Source: a virus. Taken from it: 64,000 nucleotides of DNA. The stretch is taken from IMG/VR virus record IMGVR_UViG_3300027994_000002, positions 1 to 64,000 of that record; one strand, given 5' to 3'. The first letter of the stretch is position 1. Every line of letters begins with the position of its first letter. Below, piece by piece: positions 35,863-45,035 of the stretch. The translations under genes were made by a program, and so were the position numbers. The notes under the pieces are model-generated. The model saw only the letters and a program-made list of their open reading frames with translations. It had not been told where the DNA came from and did not search any database.

Positions 35863-36335
35863 ACAAAATAACCGAAAAGCATAGGGAAGTAGCTGAAAAG
35901 CTATTTATGGCAAATTACGTGGATGGGGCAAACGGGCCAACTGAAAATCCAGATAGTGAAGAGGCGATGGCTCAAATCCTAGCCGACGCGTTTCCTGAGC
36001 CAATAACGGTATCTATGGAGGACTACGAACTGAGCAAATTGCCGAAACTAGATCACAAAGGGAATGTTACCTATCTACCTACAAGCCTTGATCCGAAAGA
36101 GCGGATTAGGGAGCTGGAGAAGAATCTGGAAGAATCAAAACTAGGATACTTGAGACTAGAACAATTGTATTTCGACAAGCTGGATCAATCTAGCCGCATT
36201 AGCGAGTTGGAGACCAAGATTAAGGAGAAGGATAGATTGATGAAGCGATTCCAAAAAGTCGCGTTTCAGCACAGATTCGATAAAAAGGTGGGAAGATTGC
36301 TAACGCAATACGAAGCGCAGAAAGGGAAGGCCTAA
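35859..36335 (+). CDS. hypothetical coiled-coil protein (158 aa)
   Basis: The stop overlaps the stop of the convergent terminase gene. Confidence 0.45.
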   Translation: MNKITEKHREVAEKLFMANYVDGANGPTENPDSEEAMAQILADAFPEPITVSMEDYELSKLPKLDHKGNVTYLPTSLDPKERIRELEKNLEESKLGYLRLEQLYFDKLDQSSRISELETKIKEKDRLMKRFQKVAFQHRFDKKVGRLLTQYEAQKGKA

Positions 36336-38182
36336 TCAAAGCTCATGTATTGAATAGGTCCCACAATATCCTCTACAGGCTCCTGTTGGCGTTGGCTCGC
36401 GCCTGCTATCAGGACCGCCTCGAAGCCTTGCCTCATCCGCACGAGATGAACCAAAAGAGTCAAGCTATCAATCTCATCGGGCGATCGGTTTCCCCTTGCC
36501 TTATACTCCTTCTTTCCCTCCACTCGAACCTTGCTGGGGTGAGGTTTAAACCGCCTCGTGCACATCTGTTCCGTGAGTAAGGCGGTATCCATGCTGGGGC
36601 TGATTTTGAGGTAATCAAACTCTAGGAAATTACGGGCTGCAAAGAAAAGTTCTGTGACAATGCCGTCGTATAGATCACAGGCCTTTTGAGAGCTATCCGC
36701 GAACAGCTTGAGCTCTGTTGCGGCGGCTCCAAAGTGGATGCCTGCAACTTCGGATCCCAGGCCTTCTGGAGGTTCTGATCGGAGCATGTCGTGCAGCCCG
36801 GTTCCATTGCCTGTCCGGTCGCAAATCATCCAGACGCCTTTAATGGACAGGTTTCGGCAATGCATCTTCACCTGATGTGCCATCCACGGCGTTTGAGTCA
36901 TCTTTCCTTCGGGGTCATTCTTCAGCAGAGCAAATTGGCTCTCTGCCTGTAAGGCGTACTTTGGCTTATCGAAAAAGATGTTCTGGCCCCGTAAATTGTA
37001 GCCCGTCGCCATCCCAAAACGGCCGATGGTCATCGGGGCTTTATCGTCCCCTTCAAAGGCCGAATCCAGAGAAGCCAAGTAAGTGACGGGGCCTGTAAAA
37101 TTCAGCCGAGCAATGGCTTTTTCCATGAAATCACGAGGCACGACATTGATGGACAGGCCCTTGGCGGGAAACCAACCTCTTGCCATAGTGAAATATTCGG
37201 GCGATGTATCGCCCTGCAAAAGGTAGCGTTTATAGCCATCCCATGAGATCAGGCCTGGGAAAATAAGCTTTTGTTGGATGACGTTTTGGCACCGCGCTCC
37301 ATCGAGCCTAACGACCGACCATCCCCACTTGGATTTCCATTGAACCGAGTGCTCAATATCCACCGAAGCCCAGCCGTTTTCTGGCTCACACCGCTTTGCA
37401 AATTTGGAATCAATATCTCGTGGATTTGCCGCTGCCGCCACCTTCACGTGCTCCACGTCATCAATCGTGATGAGCATGTTATCGACGTCCTCCCAAATAC
37501 CTCCCGGCACCTCCTCGGCTTCATCGATACAGGCTCGCACGCGGGACATGACTCCAAACTTCGGGTGGGGAGTTTTACGGGGTACGGGGTGAAAACCCTG
37601 GAGCCTACCGGAGCCATCTTCGCCTTGAGGAATCGCCACAAGGTGGATGCCCTGTTTTTCGTCATTGGAGGCCTGAATGGATGTGCCTTTGGCAATCCCC
37701 GGAAGAGGAATCGAAGACTGCCGGTGCAAATTCTTGATATGCGCAAACGCATTCCGCATGGCATGCTCCAAAGTCAAGGAAACAACCTTGACACAGGTCC
37801 ATAAAGGGTCCTCAATCCAGTCGAGGAGAAAGAAGGCCGCAAACCCGTACGATTTCCCGAGAGAACCACCCCCTTGAACCAAAAGCGTGGCCGTGAGCCT
37901 AATCTCGCTCCAAATTAATTGGACGCTCTCCGGTTCGGCGTTGAACAGGTTACTGCCCCAAAGAATATGGGCCACATCCTTGTGCATGCCCTTGCCGATC
38001 ATGTAGGGGATCAGGGTTTTGTGATAATCAATCCCGCCGCCGTAGCCGATCAAATAGGCCAACCCCTGACCTTTTTCCACCTTGATCTCATGGACGCTAA
38101 ACTGATCAATCAGAACCTGTGCGCAGGCGTCATAATCTTTCTCATGCGCCAGCTGGCTCGCCAATTCAACGTATTCTTTCAC
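36332..38182 (-). CDS. terL: terminase large subunit
   Basis: Walker A QGGGSLGKSYG, Walker B RACIDEAEEV, a C-terminal RNase-H-like nuclease region (WMICDRTGNGTGLHD), and a length of 616 aa. Confidence 0.75.
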   Translation of the reverse strand: MKEYVELASQLAHEKDYDACAQVLIDQFSVHEIKVEKGQGLAYLIGYGGGIDYHKTLIPYMIGKGMHKDVAHILWGSNLFNAEPESVQLIWSEIRLTATLLVQGGGSLGKSYGFAAFFLLDWIEDPLWTCVKVVSLTLEHAMRNAFAHIKNLHRQSSIPLPGIAKGTSIQASNDEKQGIHLVAIPQGEDGSGRLQGFHPVPRKTPHPKFGVMSRVRACIDEAEEVPGGIWEDVDNMLITIDDVEHVKVAAAANPRDIDSKFAKRCEPENGWASVDIEHSVQWKSKWGWSVVRLDGARCQNVIQQKLIFPGLISWDGYKRYLLQGDTSPEYFTMARGWFPAKGLSINVVPRDFMEKAIARLNFTGPVTYLASLDSAFEGDDKAPMTIGRFGMATGYNLRGQNIFFDKPKYALQAESQFALLKNDPEGKMTQTPWMAHQVKMHCRNLSIKGVWMICDRTGNGTGLHDMLRSEPPEGLGSEVAGIHFGAAATELKLFADSSQKACDLYDGIVTELFFAARNFLEFDYLKISPSMDTALLTEQMCTRRFKPHPSKVRVEGKKEYKARGNRSPDEIDSLTLLVHLVRMRQGFEAVLIAGASQRQQEPVEDIVGPIQYMSFD

Positions 38183-38763
38183 ACTTCAAGAGCCTTGAAT
38201 TGAATCTCACTAATTGGCTTCATGCCGCCTGCAATCACCTTCTGACCCACAATCGTCTTGTAGGCATCCAGGAGAAACTTACCGGCTCCGCCCTTATCTA
38301 ACATCGCCTGAACAACGGCCATGTCCTTTTTAAGCGCGGGGTCATTCAAGTCTTCCACGCTCTGGATGTTCTCAATCCGCTTAATCTTGCCCACAAGGCG
38401 CATGACGCAATGCTCAATATCGCTCTTGGTTTGCAGGACAATCCGCTCCTGCCGATCGCTCTGATGCTCTTGAAGAAAAAGATCATAGGCCGCAACCCGC
38501 TTGGGCCATTGCCAATTCATGGAGGCATGTCGGATAGCTGAATGGGATTCTTTGACCTGACTCTCGGGAATGTTTTGCGCAATCGCCGAAGCCTTAATTG
38601 CCGACCGCTCATCCCAGGCAATGTCTCGATAAATCAAGAAGAGTTGGTAATCCCTATCACTCTCTTCCGGCTGCTGCCTATAAATAGGTTCCACAAGCGG
38701 AATGCGTTCTTTGTTGTCGCGATACTCTTTGGTATGGACAATGGGGTCGGTTTTACGAGGCAT
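38179..38763 (-). CDS. terS: putative terminase small subunit
   Basis: Lies directly upstream of terL with a 4-nt overlap, 194 aa. The call is positional only. Confidence 0.45.
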   Translation of the reverse strand: MPRKTDPIVHTKEYRDNKERIPLVEPIYRQQPEESDRDYQLFLIYRDIAWDERSAIKASAIAQNIPESQVKESHSAIRHASMNWQWPKRVAAYDLFLQEHQSDRQERIVLQTKSDIEHCVMRLVGKIKRIENIQSVEDLNDPALKKDMAVVQAMLDKGGAGKFLLDAYKTIVGQKVIAGGMKPISEIQFKALEV

Positions 38764-38771
38764 TAAAAAGA

Positions 38772-38800
38772 CTTATAAAAGCAAACCAACATAATTGCAA
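38772..38800 (-). promoter_or_regulatory. minus-strand promoter for the terminase operon
   Basis: Minus strand reads TTGCAA-17 nt-TATAAG-8 nt-ATG, about 25 bp from the divergent + strand cassette. Confidence 0.45.
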
Positions 38801-38813
38801 GCAACCACTCTTT

Positions 38814-38853
38814 AAAAGTTTTTTATTGCTTTTTAACTAGAATTCGATAGAGT
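38814..38853 (+). promoter_or_regulatory. recurrent promoter cassette
   Basis: AAAAGTTTTTTA-TTGCTT-16 nt-TAGAGT, with ATG 38860 six nt after the -10. Confidence 0.65.
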
Positions 38854-38859
38854 AGTGAA

Positions 38860-39108
38860 ATGAAAAGGAAAACATCCGAAGAAATCCTTGCCATATTTAA
38901 GGAGTTCAAAAAGAAGTGCTTTGATCACGGGAAATTTTTAGACCCGGGAGATGAGTGGACTTGGGATGCAATGGCCGCTGGTTTTATGCTTGCGAAAGGC
39001 GTTCCTCTTCGACAAGCTAAAGATTTTGCTTGGTTTTACTATCAATTTTGTGAAGCACTAGAAAAGAGTGACGAGCACGCGCTAATCGAAATAAGGACTT
39101 TATTTTGA
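38860..39108 (+). CDS. hypothetical protein (82 aa)
   Basis: First ORF after the promoter cassette, in leaderless geometry. Confidence 0.5.
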   Translation: MKRKTSEEILAIFKEFKKKCFDHGKFLDPGDEWTWDAMAAGFMLAKGVPLRQAKDFAWFYYQFCEALEKSDEHALIEIRTLF

Positions 39109-39115
39109 ACTTGAA

Positions 39116-39295
39116 ATGAAAATAACATGTTCAAGCCAACGAATGGAATACGCGAAGCTTGCGGATGTGCTCTACGAGGCTGTAGATGATTGTCGATTTA
39201 ATATCGACCAAAAGGGATCGCGACCAAGGGAAATAGAGGAAGGCATGCAGAAAGCCTTGAAGGCCTATGAGGAAATGAAAAACAACAAGACCTAA
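39116..39295 (+). CDS. small hypothetical protein (59 aa)
   Basis: Below the ORF-track cutoff. Fills the gap, and its stop is the first base of the next cassette. Confidence 0.4.
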   Translation: MKITCSSQRMEYAKLADVLYEAVDDCRFNIDQKGSRPREIEEGMQKALKAYEEMKNNKT

Positions 39296-39333
39296 AGTTT
39301 TTTATTGCTATTTTTGTAAATAAACGCCATGCT
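39294..39333 (+). promoter_or_regulatory. promoter cassette copy with divergent -10
   Basis: AAAGTTTTTTA-TTGCTA is conserved. No TAGAGT follows at 16-17 nt; the alternatives are CATGCT or an extended TGTAAATAA. Confidence 0.35.
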
Positions 39334-39342
39334 CCAATTCTC

Positions 39343-39807
39343 ATGCAACACCTTCAATCTGACGTCCAACATTTCATGGAACTTGCCCAGCAAGAAACAC
39401 CCAAATATCCCTTCATTCCAACGCCGGAGGTTCGTAAACTCCGGGCAAAGTTGATTCTCGAAGAAGCCCTCGAACAATGCCAAGCGCTCGGCGTCGAGAT
39501 TACAACGACAGCCATCGGCGCTGCCCTTAAGCTGGATGAAGCAGGACTCCAATTTCACCCCGTCAACCAGCCTGATATCACCCTTATTGCAGATGGAATC
39601 TGCGACCAACTTTACGTTTCCATTGGAACCGGCGTGGCCTTCGGCCTCGATCTAGCACCAATCTGGAAACTCGTGCATGAAGCCAACCTGGCCAAGTTCG
39701 GGCCCGGCTCCTATCGCCGCGACGACGGCAAGCAGATGAAGCCTCCAGGATGGGTTGCGCCGGATGAAGCCATTCGCCTCGAAATTCAATCGCAGGTTCA
39801 CGCCTAA
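39343..39807 (+). CDS. mazG: MazG-like nucleoside triphosphate pyrophosphohydrolase
   Basis: RKLRAKLILEEALEQCQALGV and ADGICDQLYVSIGTGVAFGLDL..IWKLVHEANLAKF follow the EExxE / D..y / h.sN..K pattern of all-alpha NTP-PPases. Confidence 0.6.
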   Translation: MQHLQSDVQHFMELAQQETPKYPFIPTPEVRKLRAKLILEEALEQCQALGVEITTTAIGAALKLDEAGLQFHPVNQPDITLIADGICDQLYVSIGTGVAFGLDLAPIWKLVHEANLAKFGPGSYRRDDGKQMKPPGWVAPDEAIRLEIQSQVHA

Positions 39808-39811
39808 AACT

Positions 39812-40588
39812 ATGTCCAAATCACCTGAAAATGGAGCCGCCTTAAAAGGCGCAGCTCACGAACTCAACCCCCGCAAAATCACGCCTCAGCAACTCAAGGC
39901 TATCGAGGACTCCCACAAGGCCTATGGCGACCTATCCGGCGTAATCTTCAACCGCCGCACGCGTAAGCAACTGGGAGGCCACCAGCGCGTTAAAATCATC
40001 GAAGAAGGCGCGGAGGTGCAATGCAAATACTTCCCGCAAAAAGACGCCCAAGGCACCGTCGGAATCGGCTACGTCATTTCCAAGAACATCGGCCGCATTC
40101 CCTATAGAGAAGTCGATTGGCCGGTCGAAAAAGAGCATGCCGCAATGATCGCCGCCAACAGCCACGGCGGGGAATGGGATGATAACCTGCTCCGCAAAAA
40201 CCTAATCCTCATATCGGAAGGAGAAGGCGAAAACGAGGTGGACGCCGGAACCCTGGGCCTGCAAGACGAATTCATGGAAAAGCTGATGCGCGGGGCCGAC
40301 TTGGAGCTCAACGTGCAAGAGCAGGAAGCGAAGGGGCTTATCGAGCCTTTGACAATATCGGAGGTGAAGAACTTGCCTAGCCAAACGAGCATGTTGCAGC
40401 TCTTCTACACAATCCAGACGCGGCCTCCAATCGTACAAGGCCTGAAGGAGTTGCAGGTGCTTTTAGGCACGGCAAACATCAGCGATACGGTTGAAAATCT
40501 GTATCGCTTCTGCCTCAAAAACAAAGAGGCCCTCCAAGACTGGAAAGAGCTTGACAAAAAGCCTAAAGAGGATAAGATCGGCCTATGA
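39812..40588 (+). CDS. ParB/sulfiredoxin-like N-terminal domain protein
   Basis: SGVIFNRRTRKQLGGHQRVKIIEEG resembles the ParB-N 'dG.hR' box. The internal ATG follows the mazG stop. Confidence 0.5.
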   Translation: MSKSPENGAALKGAAHELNPRKITPQQLKAIEDSHKAYGDLSGVIFNRRTRKQLGGHQRVKIIEEGAEVQCKYFPQKDAQGTVGIGYVISKNIGRIPYREVDWPVEKEHAAMIAANSHGGEWDDNLLRKNLILISEGEGENEVDAGTLGLQDEFMEKLMRGADLELNVQEQEAKGLIEPLTISEVKNLPSQTSMLQLFYTIQTRPPIVQGLKELQVLLGTANISDTVENLYRFCLKNKEALQDWKELDKKPKEDKIGL

Positions 40589-41481
40589 AGATCATCCACC
40601 TAACCGAACAAATGCCGGACGAGGATGTCGAACGCCTTGGCGGAACCATGCTGGAATCATCAGCCTACGATATTGTCATCACGGAAGACTGCGATGTCTT
40701 CAAGCCTGAAGGCACGCCGCTCCTCAAGTTCCGCAAAGGTGTGATCCCTGCTGAAATGTGCCTCAAGACCTTTCCGATTTGGGAGGAGGCCGCAACGCCA
40801 ACCGACAACCGAGGCATGGCCGCCGGTGGAGTTCGGGAAGCCAGGCTCAAAAAAGACGGCACGAAGGAAAAACGCACGCGCACCAAGCAAGTGAACAGTG
40901 GCATTATTGGTTTCATGGACGGAAACCCAGCCATTCCCTATTGTAGGCTCACGGCCTTTAATGCAGCGAATATGGATAAATTCCAAGAGTGTATGCCAAT
41001 GATAACGCTCGTGGACAAATTGTTCTCGGAAATCATGCCCGATAGGCATAAGGCGCAAATGGAATATCACTCCAGGACATCTAATGATTTCAAAATCCCT
41101 GGGACGTCCTTTACCACCTTAACCGTCAACAAGAACTTTAGGACGGCGATCCATACCGATAAAGGGGATTTAAAGCAAGGATTCGGAGTCATGGCAGCCC
41201 TATGGAAAGGTAAGCACAAGGGCAGCGTTCTTTGCTTCCCTAAATTCAGGGTCGCCGTGGACATGCAAACAACCGACCTCCTTTGCGCAGATGTCCATGA
41301 ATTCCATGGAAATTCTGCGACCATCGGAATTCCAGGAACCTGGACTCGCATCAGTCTTGTGTTCTACTTCCGCGAAGCTATAGCTTCTTGCGGCACGGCA
41401 GAACAAGAGAGACTCAAAGCCATCACTCGAACTGAAGCGGCCTACGCTCGGCAAGACGCACAAAAAGAACTGCCTCTATGA
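40585..41481 (+). CDS. TET/JBP-family 2OG-Fe(II) nucleic-acid base dioxygenase
   Basis: HxD in TAIHTDKGD (nt 41152-41160), a distal His in DVHEFHGNS, and TRISLVFYFRE (nt 41347-41370), which closely matches the R.SLVFYQH strand of TET enzymes. ATGA overlap. Confidence 0.75.
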   Translation: MKIIHLTEQMPDEDVERLGGTMLESSAYDIVITEDCDVFKPEGTPLLKFRKGVIPAEMCLKTFPIWEEAATPTDNRGMAAGGVREARLKKDGTKEKRTRTKQVNSGIIGFMDGNPAIPYCRLTAFNAANMDKFQECMPMITLVDKLFSEIMPDRHKAQMEYHSRTSNDFKIPGTSFTTLTVNKNFRTAIHTDKGDLKQGFGVMAALWKGKHKGSVLCFPKFRVAVDMQTTDLLCADVHEFHGNSATIGIPGTWTRISLVFYFREAIASCGTAEQERLKAITRTEAAYARQDAQKELPL

Positions 41482-42314
41482 GCTACGAAATCATTATTCC
41501 AAGCCACCGCAGGCCGCAGGCTTTGCTGAAGACGCTTTGCCAATTGCCGAACGAAACCGAAATAACCATTGTCTTCAGCGACCAAGAAGACCTAGATGAA
41601 TTTTACAAATTTTCTCCAGAATTATGGATCAAGCATTCTTGTGTTGTTAGTGGATGCAAGAGCCTGAAAGAGAAATTCGAGTTCATTCACAACATGCCAA
41701 AAATAGGCAATAAAGTGGTCATTGTAGAAGATGACATCGAAGCCTTCCTTGTCAACGTTCAAGGCAAGCTTGTGAGCATGAGCCCAGAGCGCGTAGGTCA
41801 AATGTTCGAGGAAGGATTTGAGGCCGCACGCCTATCCGGCTCCAAAATCTGGGGGATTGCCCCCGTTGCCAATCACTACTTTATGGAATGCTCAGTGGAG
41901 CCAAAACGCCAGAAGACTAGCAAGCTTAAGCTCTGTATTGGCTACTGCTGGGGCTACATCGAAGAGAAGGACGAGCGCATGGTCCCCCGAACCAGCAACC
42001 GGGCCGACGTCGAGCGCTCCCTCCGCTTCTACGTGCGCGATGGCGGCGTGGCCCGGATGGATTGTTACGCCGTCAAAACAAATCCCCGCACAAACCAAGG
42101 AGGGCTCCAATCGGAATTCACCTTGGATCAGCGCATTCAGGCCAACAAAGAGAGCGTGGTCTACCTGCTCAAAAACTTCCCTCGCCTGGTCGAAATCAAC
42201 ACCAAAAGAGACCGTGCAGGCGGCTACGAAGAACTCACCTTGGCAAAGATTTTCGACGACAGGCCTAATCGTCTCAACCTCCTTAAGCTCCTTGGATCAA
42301 AATTATGGGATTAA
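41478..42314 (+). CDS. GT-A-like glycosyltransferase (TET/JBP-associated type)
   Basis: MSYEIIIPSHRRPQ (N-terminal GT-A strand) and VVIVEDDIEAF (DxD). Translationally coupled to the dioxygenase gene. Confidence 0.5.
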   Translation: MSYEIIIPSHRRPQALLKTLCQLPNETEITIVFSDQEDLDEFYKFSPELWIKHSCVVSGCKSLKEKFEFIHNMPKIGNKVVIVEDDIEAFLVNVQGKLVSMSPERVGQMFEEGFEAARLSGSKIWGIAPVANHYFMECSVEPKRQKTSKLKLCIGYCWGYIEEKDERMVPRTSNRADVERSLRFYVRDGGVARMDCYAVKTNPRTNQGGLQSEFTLDQRIQANKESVVYLLKNFPRLVEINTKRDRAGGYEELTLAKIFDDRPNRLNLLKLLGSKLWD

Positions 42315-43024
42315 TTGCTAACGGTCACTCCGGTGACCTCGTCCTCAACATCGGCTCGCACTTCCTCAAGTTCGGCAAGCGCAATGCCGAACAGTACGCC
42401 AAGATGGTGGATAAAGTTCCATTGCCCTACAGGTATCCAAAGGTAGGCCTGTGGAAAGGCGTCCTATCCATCGAGAACCTAACGCGAGCCCCCTACAGTG
42501 CACGGCCCCTCCATGAAAAAGCCGTCTTCGATGTCACGAAGCTGATTGCCTACATGGATCCTTTGATGAAGAAACAATTCGACGCCAATCCGGCCTGGAT
42601 GAAAAAGCTGGAAACCATGCCAAAAGCAATCAGGGCCTATTTTGTTGGAAATATGCTCTGCCGAGAAGACCTTGAATTGCCGATGGGCTACTGCCATGGC
42701 GACTTCACCCTCGAAAACCTCTTCTACGGCAACGGTATTATTTGGGCGATTGACCCCATTAAGGGCTATATCGAATCCCCGGTAATGGACTACATCAAGA
42801 TCCGGCAGGACCTTGTTTACGGCTGGGATGCGCATCGCGGCTACGGCCTACCTCAGGCTTGGCTGGATGTCCACATGGCCCTCTCACAATTCTACAAGCC
42901 TAAGACCCTCCTCAAGCTGGACGCTATGAACATCGCACGCATTTATCCTTACGGAAACAAGCGAACCAAAGATTGGTGCTGGAAAGCTCTCCATCAAGTC
43001 TCTCGAGCCTGGAACAAACTATGA
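42305..43024 (+). CDS. APH/choline-kinase-fold kinase
   Basis: YCHGDFTLENLFYGNGIIWAIDP matches the HGD...N...IDw Brenner motif region of aminoglycoside/choline kinases. Confidence 0.65.
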   Translation: MGLIANGHSGDLVLNIGSHFLKFGKRNAEQYAKMVDKVPLPYRYPKVGLWKGVLSIENLTRAPYSARPLHEKAVFDVTKLIAYMDPLMKKQFDANPAWMKKLETMPKAIRAYFVGNMLCREDLELPMGYCHGDFTLENLFYGNGIIWAIDPIKGYIESPVMDYIKIRQDLVYGWDAHRGYGLPQAWLDVHMALSQFYKPKTLLKLDAMNIARIYPYGNKRTKDWCWKALHQVSRAWNKL

Positions 43025-43656
43025 GCGCCCTTATTCTCCCCTGCGCCGGACAAAGCTCTCGTCACGAAGGTCTACCCAAATGGCTTAAAATGCATCCAGA
43101 CGGAACCATTATGGTGAGGGTTGCGGCAAAAGGATTTACCGGAAGGCCCATAATGGTTGTTCTACAGGAACACCTTGAGCGCATTGGGTTTCATCCAGTG
43201 AATGGTTTTGAAGCCATTGTTATACATAAAAGCGAATCTCAAGTAGACACGGTTCGGCAAGCGATTCAAAAAGCGGACATCAAAGGCCCAATTATCATAA
43301 AAGATTGTGACAATTACTTTGAGCCTCAAGCTCCGATGGTAGGGAACTGCGTCGCCTACGATGTCGATTTGAACCCCGGATGCGCTCGGAGCTATCTCAC
43401 CATTTTTGGGGGCGAAGTTGGTTTCATCGCCGAAAAGAACCCCATCAGCAACCTTTTTTGCGCGGGAGCCTACGGCTTTGAATCGGCGGAAGAATTCATG
43501 GAATTCAGCCAAGGCAAGCAGTATATTTCGCAAGTGATTTCATGCCTGTTGCTCAAAGGTAGGCGGTTCCAGCCGATCCCAATCAAGAACTACGAAGACT
43601 ACGGCACGCAGGAGGCCTGGGATGCCTTTTTAAGAGGTAAAGAGCATCCCGTATAA
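43021..43656 (+). CDS. sugar-/alcohol-phosphate nucleotidyltransferase (LicC/IspD/GlmU-N-like)
   Basis: MSALILPCAGQSSRHEGLPKWL is the canonical N-terminal (I/L)PxAGxxxR...PK signature. ATGA overlap. Confidence 0.65.
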   Translation: MSALILPCAGQSSRHEGLPKWLKMHPDGTIMVRVAAKGFTGRPIMVVLQEHLERIGFHPVNGFEAIVIHKSESQVDTVRQAIQKADIKGPIIIKDCDNYFEPQAPMVGNCVAYDVDLNPGCARSYLTIFGGEVGFIAEKNPISNLFCAGAYGFESAEEFMEFSQGKQYISQVISCLLLKGRRFQPIPIKNYEDYGTQEAWDAFLRGKEHPV

Positions 43657-43692
43657 AGTTTTTATTGCTTTTTAATCAGAAAGCGATATAGT
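43655..43692 (+). promoter_or_regulatory. recurrent promoter cassette
   Basis: AAAGTTTTTA-TTGCTT-16 nt-TATAGT, with ATG 43699 six nt after the -10. Confidence 0.65.
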
Positions 43693-43698
43693 GAGGAA

Positions 43699-44991
43699 AT
43701 GGAACAAGAAATCAAGCAAATCCTCCTCCAGCTCCTTTCTGACGGCAAACTCGAACTAACTCTTAACGATAATTCCATACGGGACGGCATCCGCCGCTGC
43801 CGCTCGGATGTACGGGATCAGATCGATTACGCCATGCAGAATGGCGGCTTCCCCAAAGACCGCGTCCAGAAAATGATGGACGATCAAGTGGGCGGCTACA
43901 AGGAAGAACTCAAAAACAGGCTTGACCGCATCGTCCAAGAAAAGCAGGTGCTCAAGATGGCCTTGCAAGTGAACGAGGGGCCTGTTATCCAGACAGGCCT
44001 CCAGCACAAGCAATTCGCCGAGCTCCTTGCTATCTGCCAAGCAGGCCTGAATGCCTACCTCGTCGGGCCTGCGGGCTCCGGCAAGACAACCGCCGCTGAG
44101 CAAGTCGCCAAGGCCCTCGGCCTGTCCTTTTACTTCACGGGCGCAATCACATCCGAGTTCAAACTCACCGGCTTTATCGATGCCCAAGGCCGCGTGGTTT
44201 GCCCTGCTTTTCGTCGAGCCTACGAGCACGGGGGGGTCTTCCTCTTCGATGAAATCGACGCCTCCATGCCGCAGGCGGTTCTGGCTTTTAACGCCGCAAT
44301 CGCCAACGGAATGATGGATTTTCCAGACAAGACCGTGCCGAAGCACAAGAATTTCTACTGCATCGCCGCAGCCAACACCTTTGGCAATGGTGCGGATCGG
44401 GTTTACGTGGGCCGCAATCAAATGGACGGCGCAACAATCGACCGCTTTGCCTTCCTGGATTGGGGTTATGACGAGGCCCTGGAAAAGGTTCTGACCGATC
44501 ACAACGAATGGGTCACCTACGTCCAGAACGTCCGTCGAGCCGTCGCGGAGCACAAGATCCGGCACGTTGTATCCCCTCGTGCCTCCATGAGCGGCTCGAG
44601 GCTCCTCAAGAACAAAATGGACCGCAAGCAGGTCGAGGACATCACGCTCTGGAAGGGCTTGGATCAAGAAACCATCAAGAAGATCAAGGCCTCGGTCGCG
44701 CAATATCAACCGAAGCCCAAACCTGTTTTGGAACCGGAATTCCGTGGATACGATGAAGGATACGAAAAAGAATATACGATGATCCAAGGGATTAAACATT
44801 TTCGACTCCCTGCCGGAACAAAAGTAAAGAAAGGAGATTGCTTTATTCAGGGTGATCCAATACCGGATTTTTGCGTTCGGGAAGGAACTAAAACAACCAG
44901 TATTGATAATGTCTACCGCTCCGCTGAGACTGAATACGAGAAGCAGAATCGAATCGATTTAGCGATAAAAAAAACCACCTTCGACTTCTAA
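43699..44991 (+). CDS. AAA+ ATPase, MoxR/CobS (AAA_5) type
   Basis: Walker A LVGPAGSGKTTAA, Walker B GGVFLFDEIDA, and sensor region IAAANT...DGATIDRF. Confidence 0.75.
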   Translation: MEQEIKQILLQLLSDGKLELTLNDNSIRDGIRRCRSDVRDQIDYAMQNGGFPKDRVQKMMDDQVGGYKEELKNRLDRIVQEKQVLKMALQVNEGPVIQTGLQHKQFAELLAICQAGLNAYLVGPAGSGKTTAAEQVAKALGLSFYFTGAITSEFKLTGFIDAQGRVVCPAFRRAYEHGGVFLFDEIDASMPQAVLAFNAAIANGMMDFPDKTVPKHKNFYCIAAANTFGNGADRVYVGRNQMDGATIDRFAFLDWGYDEALEKVLTDHNEWVTYVQNVRRAVAEHKIRHVVSPRASMSGSRLLKNKMDRKQVEDITLWKGLDQETIKKIKASVAQYQPKPKPVLEPEFRGYDEGYEKEYTMIQGIKHFRLPAGTKVKKGDCFIQGDPIPDFCVREGTKTTSIDNVYRSAETEYEKQNRIDLAIKKTTFDF

Positions 44992-45028
44992 AGTTTTTTG
45001 TTTCTTTTTAACTGCAATCCTATAGAGT
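44990..45028 (+). promoter_or_regulatory. recurrent promoter cassette
   Basis: AAAGTTTTTTG-TTTCTT-16 nt-TAGAGT, with ATG 45036 seven nt after the -10. Confidence 0.6.
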
Positions 45029-45035
45029 TTCTTTT

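Noticed and set aside
43756-44799. A 347-aa minus-strand ORF opposite the AAA+ ATPase gene. Similar long antisense ORFs occur at 24051-25067, 26681-27640, 18399-19187 and 8627-9283.
   Set aside because: The + strand frames carry recognisable motifs (Walker A/B and others) and fit the overlap-coupled gene chain. The antisense ORFs have no motifs or start context, so I treat them as shadow ORFs.
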